Shown here one piece after another: positions 9,806-18,868 of a stretch of 64,000 bases of DNA. A program made the translations under genes and the position numbers. The stretch comes from Limisphaerales bacterium (lineage in GTDB: Bacteria > Verrucomicrobiota > Verrucomicrobiia > Limisphaerales > AAA164-E04). The stretch covers positions 1,583,127 through 1,647,126 of the forward strand of contig OZ241891.1 of the NCBI GenBank assembly GCA_965203425.1. The letters run 5' to 3'. Numbering within the stretch: the stretch's first letter is position 1; each line of letters opens with the position of its first letter. A model generated the notes under the pieces. The model had not been told where the DNA came from and made no database searches. It saw only the letters and a list, made by a program, of their open reading frames with translations.

Positions 9806-11680
9806 TCAAGGAGTTTCCTTTAAGGAATCGCTTTGGGGATGGCGATCGCTGGGCAACGGGCTTGTTTTGGGACGGATTCCGGATTCTTGTCGATGGTCGG
9901 TTCCTCTTCGGTTTTCTTTGAATTTTTCCGCCTCGGCCGTCTTCCGGTTGGAATGAGCCGTTGGCGAGTCGGGGTTCAAGTGGAGATTGCGGTCGAAGTA
10001 GTTTCGGCGCAGTTCAAGCGAAAGCGCTGCGTGCCGTTCGCCGGGAAAGAGAATGTTCGTTTGGGCTAGCGGGCGGCGGAGGTCTTCGGCCAAAGTGTCG
10101 ACGTGCCGATAGATTTTGTTTTCGTTCAATCGGTTGACGAGGGAGAGCAACTTGGCTCTCATTGTTTCGCCTGAGTGGCGGAAGCTGAATTCGGCGACGA
10201 ATCCGGGTTTGCCGGCGAAGGGATTGGCGGGGGCAAGTTCGGGCGGCGCTTCCATTTTGTTGGAAGCGGTTGGGCTCGACGATTGAGAGTAATAGCTGTC
10301 GAAGTCGGCTAGAAGCACCAGCCAGTAAGCGGGGTCTTGGGCAACGAATTGCAGAGCGGCAAAGGTTTCGATCAATTCGGCGGTTTCTTGTTGAAGGCGG
10401 AGAATGGGGCGAACTTGCTCGTATTGCGCGGCAGATTGGGAAAGGGTTTTTTCTGTTTCCTGCATCTCTGCGATTACGAATTCGGCGCGCTGGATGTGCT
10501 TGTCGCTCATTCGGAACAAAACGGCGTTTTGCCAAGTTGCCAAGAGGAGAAGGAAAATTGTGGCGGCAGCGGCGGCGGCCGTCCAGCCTCGAAGACGGTT
10601 CCAGAAGAATTTCTGGTCTCTTCGTTGGCGGCAGGCTTGCGGAAGGAGCGAAATTTGGAGTTTTGCGAGGCCAAAGGCGGCGCGCGCAACGCCGAGCGCG
10701 GCGGAGAATTCTGAAGGCGCGCGGCGCTGTTTTGTTGATTTTCGGTTTTTGGCTTTTGGTTCTCCGCCGCTTTTTGATCGATGTTCTTCTTCGGGCAGGA
10801 TCACCGTTGCCTCTGTCCTTTTCCGAAGAAATGCCGCCGCCGGCTCAATCAATCCTTTTTCTCCCAAGAGAAGCAACCGATCCCGACGGGTTAATGGAAT
10901 CGTTTGCTGGGAGGCGCGAGGAACGGACGAGGGGAGGAGACGTTCTAGCCAACTTTCCAGCGCGTCCGCAGAGGGAGAAGGGTCGGCGGAGAATTCTGGT
11001 TGTTCTGACGGAAAACCGACAAGGGGAGAGGAAAAACTGGCGGCGAATTGGGGACGTCCGTCGCGGATTTGCAAAAGAGATGTGTGGCGCCGGCCGACGT
11101 CGACTGCCCAAACCGCGCCATCGGAATGTGTCAGGCTTTCAAAAGCACTCCAAAGTCCTTGAGCGGCGCTGGTCACGTCGTCCACGTCGTCAAAGTCCAA
11201 GCCGAGTGTTTGCAACCGTTGTTGGACGGACGGTTCTCGGCAATAAGTCAGCCACCATAGTCCGCCTCCGTTTTCTCGCTCGCCGTGTTCTTCGGGCATC
11301 GAGGATTTGGCAAGCGGCTGATGATCGAATACTAACTCGACGTCTTCAATTTTTTGGAAGCGCGCCGATTCGCCGGCGATAAATTCTTCAATGCTCTGCG
11401 TTTGGAGGGAGATTTGTTGGGAAACGGTTTCAGATTGCGGGAGGATCAGGTAAATGCGAATGGGATCGTATTGGGATCGCAGGTGTTTGACGGTTTCGGG
11501 GACGATGTCTTTGGCCGGCGCCAAGTGGTTGGGAATGGTGATGTGTTCTCGCACTTGAACCCGACTCAAGACGCGTTCGGCAATCAGGATGAGCGTTGCG
11601 GTTTCTCCCGGATCCAAAATCATCACCCGTTCCAGTGTCCAAAAGGAACAGCGGGCGAGTTTGGCAAGCTGGGCAAACAT
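9806..11680 (-). CDS. PilM-like / PilN-like fusion protein (hypothetical)
   Basis: Start moved to ATG 11680 (MFAQLAKL...), 6 nt downstream of the secretin stop. There is a cytoplasmic N-terminal half, then a basic linker, a single TM (WTAAAAAATIFLLLLATW) and a coiled-coil/periplasmic part like PilN. Confidence 0.5.
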   Translation of the reverse strand: MFAQLAKLARCSFWTLERVMILDPGETATLILIAERVLSRVQVREHITIPNHLAPAKDIVPETVKHLRSQYDPIRIYLILPQSETVSQQISLQTQSIEEFIAGESARFQKIEDVELVFDHQPLAKSSMPEEHGERENGGGLWWLTYCREPSVQQRLQTLGLDFDDVDDVTSAAQGLWSAFESLTHSDGAVWAVDVGRRHTSLLQIRDGRPQFAASFSSPLVGFPSEQPEFSADPSPSADALESWLERLLPSSVPRASQQTIPLTRRDRLLLLGEKGLIEPAAAFLRKRTEATVILPEEEHRSKSGGEPKAKNRKSTKQRRAPSEFSAALGVARAAFGLAKLQISLLPQACRQRRDQKFFWNRLRGWTAAAAAATIFLLLLATWQNAVLFRMSDKHIQRAEFVIAEMQETEKTLSQSAAQYEQVRPILRLQQETAELIETFAALQFVAQDPAYWLVLLADFDSYYSQSSSPTASNKMEAPPELAPANPFAGKPGFVAEFSFRHSGETMRAKLLSLVNRLNENKIYRHVDTLAEDLRRPLAQTNILFPGERHAALSLELRRNYFDRNLHLNPDSPTAHSNRKTAEAEKFKENRRGTDHRQESGIRPKTSPLPSDRHPQSDSLKETP

Positions 11681-11685
11681 GGGAA

Positions 11686-13869
11686 TCACGGTTTTGGCGC
11701 GGATGAAATGGCCGGTTCTCCTTCGTTCCAATCGCCGTTGGCGCCGAATTCGATGAATTCTCCGGTTTCAGAGAGCAATGTGGCGGTCACAAAAATCAAA
11801 AGATAGCGGGGTTTGTCCACTTCGGTGCGCCTTCTAAACGCCGCGCCAATAACGGGGATTTTGCCCAGAATGGGAACCGATTCGACGAAGGTGGATTGTT
11901 CCCGCTCCAGCACGCCGCCCATGACGACGGTTTGGCCGGACTGAACGATCACTCGAGTTTTTAGGGATTGAGTGCGTGATTCCGGCAACTTAATCTCAAT
12001 CGAGTTTCCGGTGGAATCCCTCACGGTGGCGAAGTCAACCAACTTCACTTCTTGATTCACTTCGGGATAAAGAGCCAAGTAAATCGTTCTTCCATCCCCG
12101 CCGATGCTGGCCATCACTTCAAGCGACACTCCCGAAGTAATTTCTTTAGGAGCGCCCTTCGGCACCAGCGTGGAAGCGATGTTGCGTTCGTTGACGGTCT
12201 GGGTGACGGTGTATTCTTCATAGTAGTTTTGGATTTTGCCGTCGGCAATCCGGGCGGGAAGGTTGTTGACCACCGTGATGCGGGGGGCGCTCAAGGTTCG
12301 GGTTTCTCCCTCTTGTTCCAAAGCCGTCAAGGTAAGGCTGAGGTTGGTTCGGTTTAGAATATTCCCGAAGGTTTCCTGCAGATTTTGTCCCACATTGACG
12401 TTTTCGGGGACAATATCAAGAAAGTCCGTGGGCGTCTGTCCTTCTTGCGGCGGACGGCCGGTTTCCCAAAGGGCGCCCAATTGCAGAAAAGCGGCTTCGG
12501 AGACGGTGATGAACCGGGCTTCGATCAACACTTGCTGGAGGGGGCGGTCGTATTCTTCGATGATTCGCTCCAGCACCGCCAACTGCTCGCGGGTGCCGGT
12601 AGCCAGAATAATGTTGCGCTCATAATCAATTTCGTATTCCGAGCCTTGAAAGAACTTTTGAATCGCCCGCTCAATGGAAGGCGTGCTGGGAACGCCGTCG
12701 CGGACAAAGGTTTGCGCTTTTTCGACCGTGACGGTTGTCACCGTGCCGTCTTTCGCTTTGGTTTCAGTTCGTTGGACTTCGTCGGCGCCAAAGATGGCGG
12801 GCAGGATGAATCCCTTTCGCAAGCGATAAATGCGGGTGTCTTCGATGGTTTTCTGTTCGTCTTGACCGTCCACGATCCAAATCAAGTCATCGCCGACTTG
12901 GAACTGAAGATCGAAGTTTCTGGAAACATAATCCAAAAACTCGCCTAATCGCACTTTTTCAAAGTTGAGACTCAATTTTTCTTGAAAGGCTTTGAGCGAG
13001 CGGTCGGCGACAAAATTAATGCTTTCGCTTTCGCCAATCTGAAAAATGACGGACTCCAAAGTGACGTCGTCCAATTTGACGGAAAATTCCTTGTCCAACT
13101 CTCTGGCCATTCGCCCGGCTTGGCTTTTGAAGTCGAACATCGGCGCGGAACGGGAAATCGTCTGGTTGTAAGTGCGGGGAACGTAGGGTCTGGATTCGAT
13201 GTCCAACACTGCGTCGCGGAGGTCTTTGCGCGGCGTCAACCCGCGGTCCGCCTGCTCGGTAAGCAAGCTTTCCACCGTGGGGCTGAAGACGGAGTTTTGG
13301 GAGTCAATCTTGCGAATGGTGTCTTCTAATGCTCGGCTTCTCAGAATTTCTTGTTGCTTTCCCACCCAATCGTGAACGCGGGCGACTACTGGGTCATTAG
13401 CGTTCTTGTCGCGCAATTGATTGGCGGCGATCATGGCCTCTTCCCATTGATTGTTTTTGGCCAGCTCAAAAATCTGCTTAATTTCCTCGTCGTAGCGGAT
13501 GCTGTATTGAGTCGCCTCCCTCTCCAAAGAAGAATGAGGTTGGATTGGTTTGCTTGCGGGCGGCCTTGTCGCAGAGGGATCCTTTGGGCTTTGGCAACCG
13601 ACAATGCACAACGTTGCCGCAAAAAAGGGGAGACCCTTTCCGCCGGGAAGTCGAAAGAGAGCCATCCAATCGAAAGTCCATCGGCAGATGCATTCAGTCT
13701 TTTTTAAAAGGCCGGAGTTTTTCATTCTTTGCCGAAAATCTTTGGCAGTTTTCTCGACGAAGAAAAAGGCCGAACGCGGGGAAGTTTTCCATTCTCGGCT
13801 CGTCAACCTCTTTTTGCCCCAACCGTTCCTGGAGTTGAGTTGTGCCATAGCGTTTTTGTGATGCCTCAA
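11686..13869 (-). CDS. secretin (PilQ/GspD family outer-membrane channel)
   Basis: The C-terminal secretin domain reads LIEARFITVSEAAFLQLG ... GQTVVMGGVLEREQSTFVESVPILGKIPVIGAAFRRRTEVDKPRYLLIFVTATLL. A lipobox-like LCIVGC lies near the N-terminus, so the true start is probably internal (MKNSG... or MALFRL...). Confidence 0.9.
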   Translation of the reverse strand: MRHHKNAMAQLNSRNGWGKKRLTSREWKTSPRSAFFFVEKTAKDFRQRMKNSGLLKKTECICRWTFDWMALFRLPGGKGLPFFAATLCIVGCQSPKDPSATRPPASKPIQPHSSLEREATQYSIRYDEEIKQIFELAKNNQWEEAMIAANQLRDKNANDPVVARVHDWVGKQQEILRSRALEDTIRKIDSQNSVFSPTVESLLTEQADRGLTPRKDLRDAVLDIESRPYVPRTYNQTISRSAPMFDFKSQAGRMARELDKEFSVKLDDVTLESVIFQIGESESINFVADRSLKAFQEKLSLNFEKVRLGEFLDYVSRNFDLQFQVGDDLIWIVDGQDEQKTIEDTRIYRLRKGFILPAIFGADEVQRTETKAKDGTVTTVTVEKAQTFVRDGVPSTPSIERAIQKFFQGSEYEIDYERNIILATGTREQLAVLERIIEEYDRPLQQVLIEARFITVSEAAFLQLGALWETGRPPQEGQTPTDFLDIVPENVNVGQNLQETFGNILNRTNLSLTLTALEQEGETRTLSAPRITVVNNLPARIADGKIQNYYEEYTVTQTVNERNIASTLVPKGAPKEITSGVSLEVMASIGGDGRTIYLALYPEVNQEVKLVDFATVRDSTGNSIEIKLPESRTQSLKTRVIVQSGQTVVMGGVLEREQSTFVESVPILGKIPVIGAAFRRRTEVDKPRYLLIFVTATLLSETGEFIEFGANGDWNEGEPAISSAPKP

Positions 13870-13912
13870 TTTGCCCGTTTAGAAAGGGCCTTGAAAAAAG
13901 TTCAACTCCGAA

Positions 13913-14524
13913 TCACGGCGAATGCGATGGAGGAACGGACATTGGGCGGAACTTCGCCGACCATTTTCGGATCGCCAATGCAATAACGCCGAGCGCAAGA
14001 AATAAGAGAACCAAGGCGATTGCCGGCCAGAGAGCGGACAGAATGGCCAATAGGGAGAAGGTGACCGCGCCGCCGGCTTCCATTGTTGAAAGCAGGGGAT
14101 TGCTCACTCCCCCGGTCGTCAAGGTAGAACCACCTCTCAGGCAGGCCGTCGTCGTGTGAAGAAGTCCGGCGGCGCCTCCTCCCGCAATGAGGGCGAGACT
14201 CCACTTCGACAAAGGGCTTAGGTCGCCGATCATCGAGGCGGAGAGAATCGTCCCCGCAATCACCGCTGCCGGCCCGGCAACGGCGTCCAAAAAGTTGTCT
14301 ACCCACGGAATGTAGTAAGCGAGAATCTCGCACGTTGCGGCGACGCCGAAGGCGATTAGCGCCGGAGAGCTTCCCAGCCATTGAAATCCTTCCGCAAGGT
14401 CCAGATACCCGAACTTGGCGGCAATGCCGGCGACTAGGGGGGGAAGGAATACCCGAAAGCCGCAGGCGGCGCTTAGTCCCAGCCCAATCATAATTCCCCA
14501 AAGAGTTTCTGCTGTAATGTCCAT
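13913..14524 (-). CDS. DUF4126-like integral membrane protein
   Basis: 203 aa, glycine/alanine-rich and polytopic (MIGLGLSAACGFRVFLPPLVAGIAAKFG...). The family name is from memory. Confidence 0.6.
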   Translation of the reverse strand: MDITAETLWGIMIGLGLSAACGFRVFLPPLVAGIAAKFGYLDLAEGFQWLGSSPALIAFGVAATCEILAYYIPWVDNFLDAVAGPAAVIAGTILSASMIGDLSPLSKWSLALIAGGGAAGLLHTTTACLRGGSTLTTGGVSNPLLSTMEAGGAVTFSLLAILSALWPAIALVLLFLALGVIALAIRKWSAKFRPMSVPPSHSP

Positions 14525-14691
14525 TGTGAAATCTTTCTTCTATTGATGATTCGTTTTTTCGTTCGCCGTATTTCCTTAAACAGCAACTTAAGAAATGAAG
14601 GTATAGCCGATTTTCCCGGATGCGTCTATAATTACAGTTTCCGATTAGAATGGCTAATTATGCGGGCAAAATGCTCGTCTTGCAAGAGCGG

Positions 14692-17094
14692 TCATCGAAA
14701 ATCCCATCGAAAAGTCGCCGCTAATCCGTGGGCGGTGTAGTTGTTAACGCCCGCCGCACTTGGCTCCTTGTATTGGAAGGAGCCGTATTGCAGTCGGAAG
14801 GAGCCGGCCTCGCTAATCTGTTTTGCCAAGCCGATGACGACGCCGTGTCGGGCGTAATCGATGCCGATCGGCAAATTCAACCCGGTGTCGCTCTGGTGAA
14901 AGTCTGCTTTGGAGAAGGAATAAGTCGCATCCCAGTGCCAGGTTTTGCGGAGGGCGAGGTTGGCGTTTCCGATAACAGTATAAATTTGCCCGTCGTAGGG
15001 TGTTAGAATGACGTTGTCGGTAATTCCACTGGTCGTGCGAAGATCGCTGATTGAGGCCGTCCCGGCAAAGCGAAGGAGGCGCCAAGGTTGCGCGGCGGTG
15101 GATATTGCCCAACGTTGCGCATTGTAATCGGCCTGCGATTGTCCCGGCGGAAACACTGCCCCGAAGACGTCCACCGAGTCGCTTGCAACGCCGTAATCCA
15201 TTGCCGTGAGGCGATAGGAAAGAGTGCTTCGAAGCCGGCTCGACGGACGCAGAGTCCATTGAATCTGAAAGTCGTCCGTTTCGGCACTGCGAACCCGAAT
15301 GAAGGCCGGATAGCCGTTTCCCGTCGGCGCCAATCCGTCCGTGTCCAAGCGGTGATCGTAGTTGTTCTCTCTCCGTCGTTTTCGATACCAGACGTCTAGG
15401 GAAAACCAACGCCGAGGCGAATAGCGCAAGCCTGCCTTGCCCTCCTTGTAATCCGTCGTTGCGTCGGTCTGCCTCATAAAGTCGTTGTCCGCCGCAAATC
15501 CGTCGTCGACAAATTGCCCTTCCCTTTGATCGATCTTCTTTTGCTGGAATTTGGCGTCCGCATAGACGACCACATTGCGAATCTTCGTATAACGGAGGCC
15601 AAAGTTTTCTTCCGTCGATCTTTGGTCAAGGTTTGTGTCGAGTTGGGCGGGAGTGATTCCGTAAAGAAACAAATCGCCATCCCCGGATTGACGAGTCCAA
15701 TCGTTCTGCGCGCCGGCAAAGAAACTCCATCCGTTCCAAGGGCCGAAGCGCGAATTGAAGTTAACAACGTGAGAATTCCGCTTCAAATAAAGGCTTCTGC
15801 TAAAATCATCTTGGAAAATCATTGCCGGCGAATTGGATGGCAAGAATCTTTCAAGATCGAATTGCGCGTCGGCAGTCAAATTGGCGTACAAATAACCGCC
15901 AGATAAAAGCCACCAAGGTTTGATTTGTTTCTCAATGCGGAACGTGTTGACTCCGCTGAAGTGTTCGTAACCTTCTTTTGTTTCTGCTCGTTCCCAGTTT
16001 TCGGGGCGAGAGCCGACAACGGCAAATTCAATCGTCTCCCGTCGCGTGTCCAAGTCCGCAAACTCGCCGCGAAAAGATTCCTCCAGCCGTCCACCCGTCC
16101 ACTCGTGCCAAAAGTCCGCTTTAAAGACGTGCGTGCTTTCATCGACGCGCTTGGACGACGGCAAAATGCCTTTTCCCGCCACGCTTGCCAAATCCTTTGG
16201 GAAAACCGGCCCCCAATGAAGCGTAGACTTCCCGCCATCGCGAAATTGGTTTTCGTAACCGAGTGTGATCATCGTCCGATCAGTCTGCCCCAACCCAACT
16301 TCCATCCACGCTCGACCGGAATCAAGATACAGATCGCGATCCAAAGAAAACGCATCTTGGCCAAAGTATGGATAAAAACCGCCGGTATCATCGTAGTAAC
16401 GACGGAATCGCTCATATCCAATTGCAAAAAAGCCCAAGTCAGGTTTGCGAAGCGAAAGTTCGATCTCGTGATCTTTCGTGCGCCAAAAAGTGCGAGAGCG
16501 CATCTCAAATTGCGCGCCGTTTTTCAACCGTTCCTTAAGAGACAAAGCCGCAAAACCGCCCGAAAAACCATCGGCCCGCCAACTATGTTCGCGAAACTTC
16601 CCCTCGTCGCCAAAAACCCAAAAATAACCCAAAGCCGGCTCAAAAACATATTGAAGCAAACTTTCCCCAGCACTCTCCTCCCAAACCAACCCTTGATCAA
16701 TCCACGCCCTCAACGTTCCCACTTGCTCGTCCGTCAACCGTTCGCCCTTTCCAATCGGCGGCATTTCCATGTCCTCTACCAAATGCGCCGCATAGTGAAT
16801 GAGCGGACTGTTTGCGCTGTCGCCGAGGAGAATAGCGTTGCCTTGATCTCCGCCGGCAAGCGCCGCCTCCCGCCGACGCAGATTGAAACCGCCCTTCGGC
16901 CTTTCCTCACCGTGGCATCGCAAGCAATGTCCCTCCAATATCGGCAAAACATCTTCCCGAAAATGAATCCCACGCTCGACCGCCGCAGGAATCGCCGACA
17001 AATCCACTTCTTGCGCCGCAACCGGCAAAAGCCAAACCAACATCCCCACCACCACAAACGCCGCTTGCCAAAACGAAGAAAAACGCCCCATCAC
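14692..17094 (-). CDS. outer-membrane beta-barrel-like protein with N-terminal PSCyt1 (Planctomycete cytochrome c) domain
   Basis: 800 aa with a signal peptide (FVVVGMLVWLLPVAAQE). PSCyt1 signature: FREDVLPILEGHCLRCHGEERPKGGFNL...MPP...LTDEQVGTLRAWIDQG. The remaining ~650 aa are rich in alternating aromatic/polar beta-strand patterns and end ...LAATFRWDFR. Confidence 0.7.
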   Translation of the reverse strand: MMGRFSSFWQAAFVVVGMLVWLLPVAAQEVDLSAIPAAVERGIHFREDVLPILEGHCLRCHGEERPKGGFNLRRREAALAGGDQGNAILLGDSANSPLIHYAAHLVEDMEMPPIGKGERLTDEQVGTLRAWIDQGLVWEESAGESLLQYVFEPALGYFWVFGDEGKFREHSWRADGFSGGFAALSLKERLKNGAQFEMRSRTFWRTKDHEIELSLRKPDLGFFAIGYERFRRYYDDTGGFYPYFGQDAFSLDRDLYLDSGRAWMEVGLGQTDRTMITLGYENQFRDGGKSTLHWGPVFPKDLASVAGKGILPSSKRVDESTHVFKADFWHEWTGGRLEESFRGEFADLDTRRETIEFAVVGSRPENWERAETKEGYEHFSGVNTFRIEKQIKPWWLLSGGYLYANLTADAQFDLERFLPSNSPAMIFQDDFSRSLYLKRNSHVVNFNSRFGPWNGWSFFAGAQNDWTRQSGDGDLFLYGITPAQLDTNLDQRSTEENFGLRYTKIRNVVVYADAKFQQKKIDQREGQFVDDGFAADNDFMRQTDATTDYKEGKAGLRYSPRRWFSLDVWYRKRRRENNYDHRLDTDGLAPTGNGYPAFIRVRSAETDDFQIQWTLRPSSRLRSTLSYRLTAMDYGVASDSVDVFGAVFPPGQSQADYNAQRWAISTAAQPWRLLRFAGTASISDLRTTSGITDNVILTPYDGQIYTVIGNANLALRKTWHWDATYSFSKADFHQSDTGLNLPIGIDYARHGVVIGLAKQISEAGSFRLQYGSFQYKEPSAAGVNNYTAHGLAATFRWDFR

Positions 17095-17107
17095 GCAAAT
17101 TCCGTCG

Positions 17108-17962
17108 CTAATAAAGCAACTTGGGACTCACCATCGAACCATGAACGGCCGTATGGCATCCCGCCGTCCAGCAAGTCCCCATTCGAAGAAAAGCGCTATG
17201 ATCCGTTTTGCCCATCAAAACTTGCGCTGGATCCAACTGCATCTGCGAATGACACCGCAAACAAAGATGCGAATCCCGCTGAACCAGCATCTTGTCGTGA
17301 ACCGATCCGTGCGGACGATGACAACTCACGCAACCATCCCGCAAAGCCTCGTGCGCAAACACAAAAGGACGCGCCTGCTCCCGATGACATGAAACGCATT
17401 GTTGATCCTCACGTGCCAACTCCAACCCACCGAACGGTTTGAAAATCTCGCGCCCGTGCGGATCATGGCAATCCACGCAATTCATTTGCCCTTCCAACAC
17501 CGGATGACGCTGCGGCAGGCGAAACTCGGCATGTTGCGCTTGATGGCAGTCCAAACACGATTGCGGATTTTGGCCGGGATTGTGAATGAAAACGCCTTTT
17601 CCGCCGCCAGCCTGAACGTGCTTGCTTCCGGCGCCATGACAAGATTCGCAACCACTAACCTCTTGAAACCCGGCCTCTTCCTTGAAAAAACGCGAATGAA
17701 CGCTGCCGGGAAACAACCGCGCAATCTCCCCGTGACATTCAGCGCACTTTGGATTGCCGACGAAATGCGCCCCCTCAATCCGCGGCGGAACCACAACGGA
17801 ATCCGGCAACGAAGAACACGAAACAAAAAACAGCAACCCCGCCGACAAAGCGCAGCCCGCAACCAAGAAAAACGGCACCCACTGCCGCCTGCCGCAGAAT
17901 AAACTTGCCCCGCTCACATCAGACCTGAATCTTGTTAAAGAACTACAAAAGAATCCAAACAA
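17108..17962 (-). CDS. multihaem c-type cytochrome (7 CxxCH + 1 CxxxxCH)
   Basis: Haem motifs: CAECH, CESCH, CLDCH, CVDCH, CVSCH, CVSCH, CLRCH and a terminal CWTAGCHTAVHGS. Signal/lipobox-like LVAGC / FFVSC. The true start is probably an internal GTG (..VPFFLVAGC..). Confidence 0.85.
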   Translation of the reverse strand: MFGFFCSSLTRFRSDVSGASLFCGRRQWVPFFLVAGCALSAGLLFFVSCSSLPDSVVVPPRIEGAHFVGNPKCAECHGEIARLFPGSVHSRFFKEEAGFQEVSGCESCHGAGSKHVQAGGGKGVFIHNPGQNPQSCLDCHQAQHAEFRLPQRHPVLEGQMNCVDCHDPHGREIFKPFGGLELAREDQQCVSCHREQARPFVFAHEALRDGCVSCHRPHGSVHDKMLVQRDSHLCLRCHSQMQLDPAQVLMGKTDHSAFLRMGTCWTAGCHTAVHGSMVSPKLLY

Positions 17963-18089
17963 ATTCCGACATTGCCATGAAGAATTCCGTTTTATCCCAC
18001 CGTTTGATCGGGATGAATACGCAGAAAGCTTTAAGGACGGTCTTTGGTCGGCAATAGATGGCCGTTGGCAGTGGGCTCACAAAGAGTCA

Positions 18090-18617
18090 ATGCATAAGGA
18101 TAAAATAGCTGAAGTCGTAGAAAAACTCGTTAACGAGGTTTCTGATATGGCGGATTTGGGCGGTCGATTTGATAACAGCATTATGGTAGCCGTACGTGAT
18201 GCTGACGATCCTCTTCCACGCAAAACGCTCAAAGTGGGCGATCCGTTGTTAGTGCCGTATGAGGGCTATCAGGCGGGATTTGACGCATGGAACGACGAGC
18301 GGAATCGCGCGATCAACGAAGGCATGGCAAGGAAACGGCGGCAGAATCGTCCAACCGGGATTTTGGCGGACGGCACGTTGGTGAACGCAAACAACGAGCC
18401 AGTCCAAGCCAGCTCACGTTTTCTGGGCAGTTTTATGAACTTCGGCAAAACGTTTGCTTTGCAAGAAACGGAAGACGGCCATGTGCGTCTCTCTCCTGAA
18501 GCGATGGCCATTTTAGACGCCGAGTTTGGAAAACAAGAACGGCCTTTGAGACCTGCTGTTTTGGGAAATCCTCCTCCTACCGAGGAAGAATGGCGACTGC
18601 AAGAAGCCATCCGCTAA
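18090..18617 (+). CDS. hypothetical protein (no recognisable family)
   Basis: First ATG of ORF 17754..18617 that does not overlap the divergent cytochrome gene. GC is visibly lower than in the neighbours. The reading frame stays open for 27 more codons after the TAA. Confidence 0.35.
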   Translation: MHKDKIAEVVEKLVNEVSDMADLGGRFDNSIMVAVRDADDPLPRKTLKVGDPLLVPYEGYQAGFDAWNDERNRAINEGMARKRRQNRPTGILADGTLVNANNEPVQASSRFLGSFMNFGKTFALQETEDGHVRLSPEAMAILDAEFGKQERPLRPAVLGNPPPTEEEWRLQEAIR

Positions 18618-18733
18618 CAGGACGAAGAAGGCGCCCGCCAACAACAACGGCATCTGGAAGAACTGGGCCGACAACGCCAACAAGAATACAAGTTAAATTG
18701 ATCGGCTAGTTGGATATTTTCTCCTGTTTGCAA

Positions 18734-18762
18734 CCGTCGGGTTTCGGCTCGGCGGTTTTTTT
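18734..18762 (+). terminator. intrinsic terminator-like hairpin plus T7 run (second copy of the 1071..1099 element)
   Basis: CCGTCGGG-TTTCGG-CTCGGCGG followed by TTTTTTT. It lies between the hypothetical gene and leuS. Confidence 0.6.
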
Positions 18763-18868
18763 CGCTGTTGATTGTTCTCTTCGGGGGCGCCGCTCTCTTC
18801 GCGAATGGATGGAAGAACGGAGAAAAGGGGTTGCGGATGGGAATGGATTTTCCCAATATCCTTTGCTT

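Noticed and set aside
10270-11382. Long antisense ORFs inside confirmed genes (e.g. 10270..11382 +, 15925..17442 +, 40687..41454 -, 55514..56287 -, 19535..20284 -).
   Set aside because: They are R/P/G-rich shadow frames typical of GC-rich coding DNA. The opposite strand carries clear domain signatures.
14525-14691. Hairpin GCTCTTGCAAGACGAGC after the barrel gene, considered as a terminator.
   Set aside because: The stem is only 4-5 bp and the U-tract is poor. It is not strong enough to annotate.
17754-18089. N-terminal 112 codons of ORF 17754..18617.
   Set aside because: They overlap the 5' end of the divergently transcribed multihaem cytochrome gene and are its high-GC antisense shadow.
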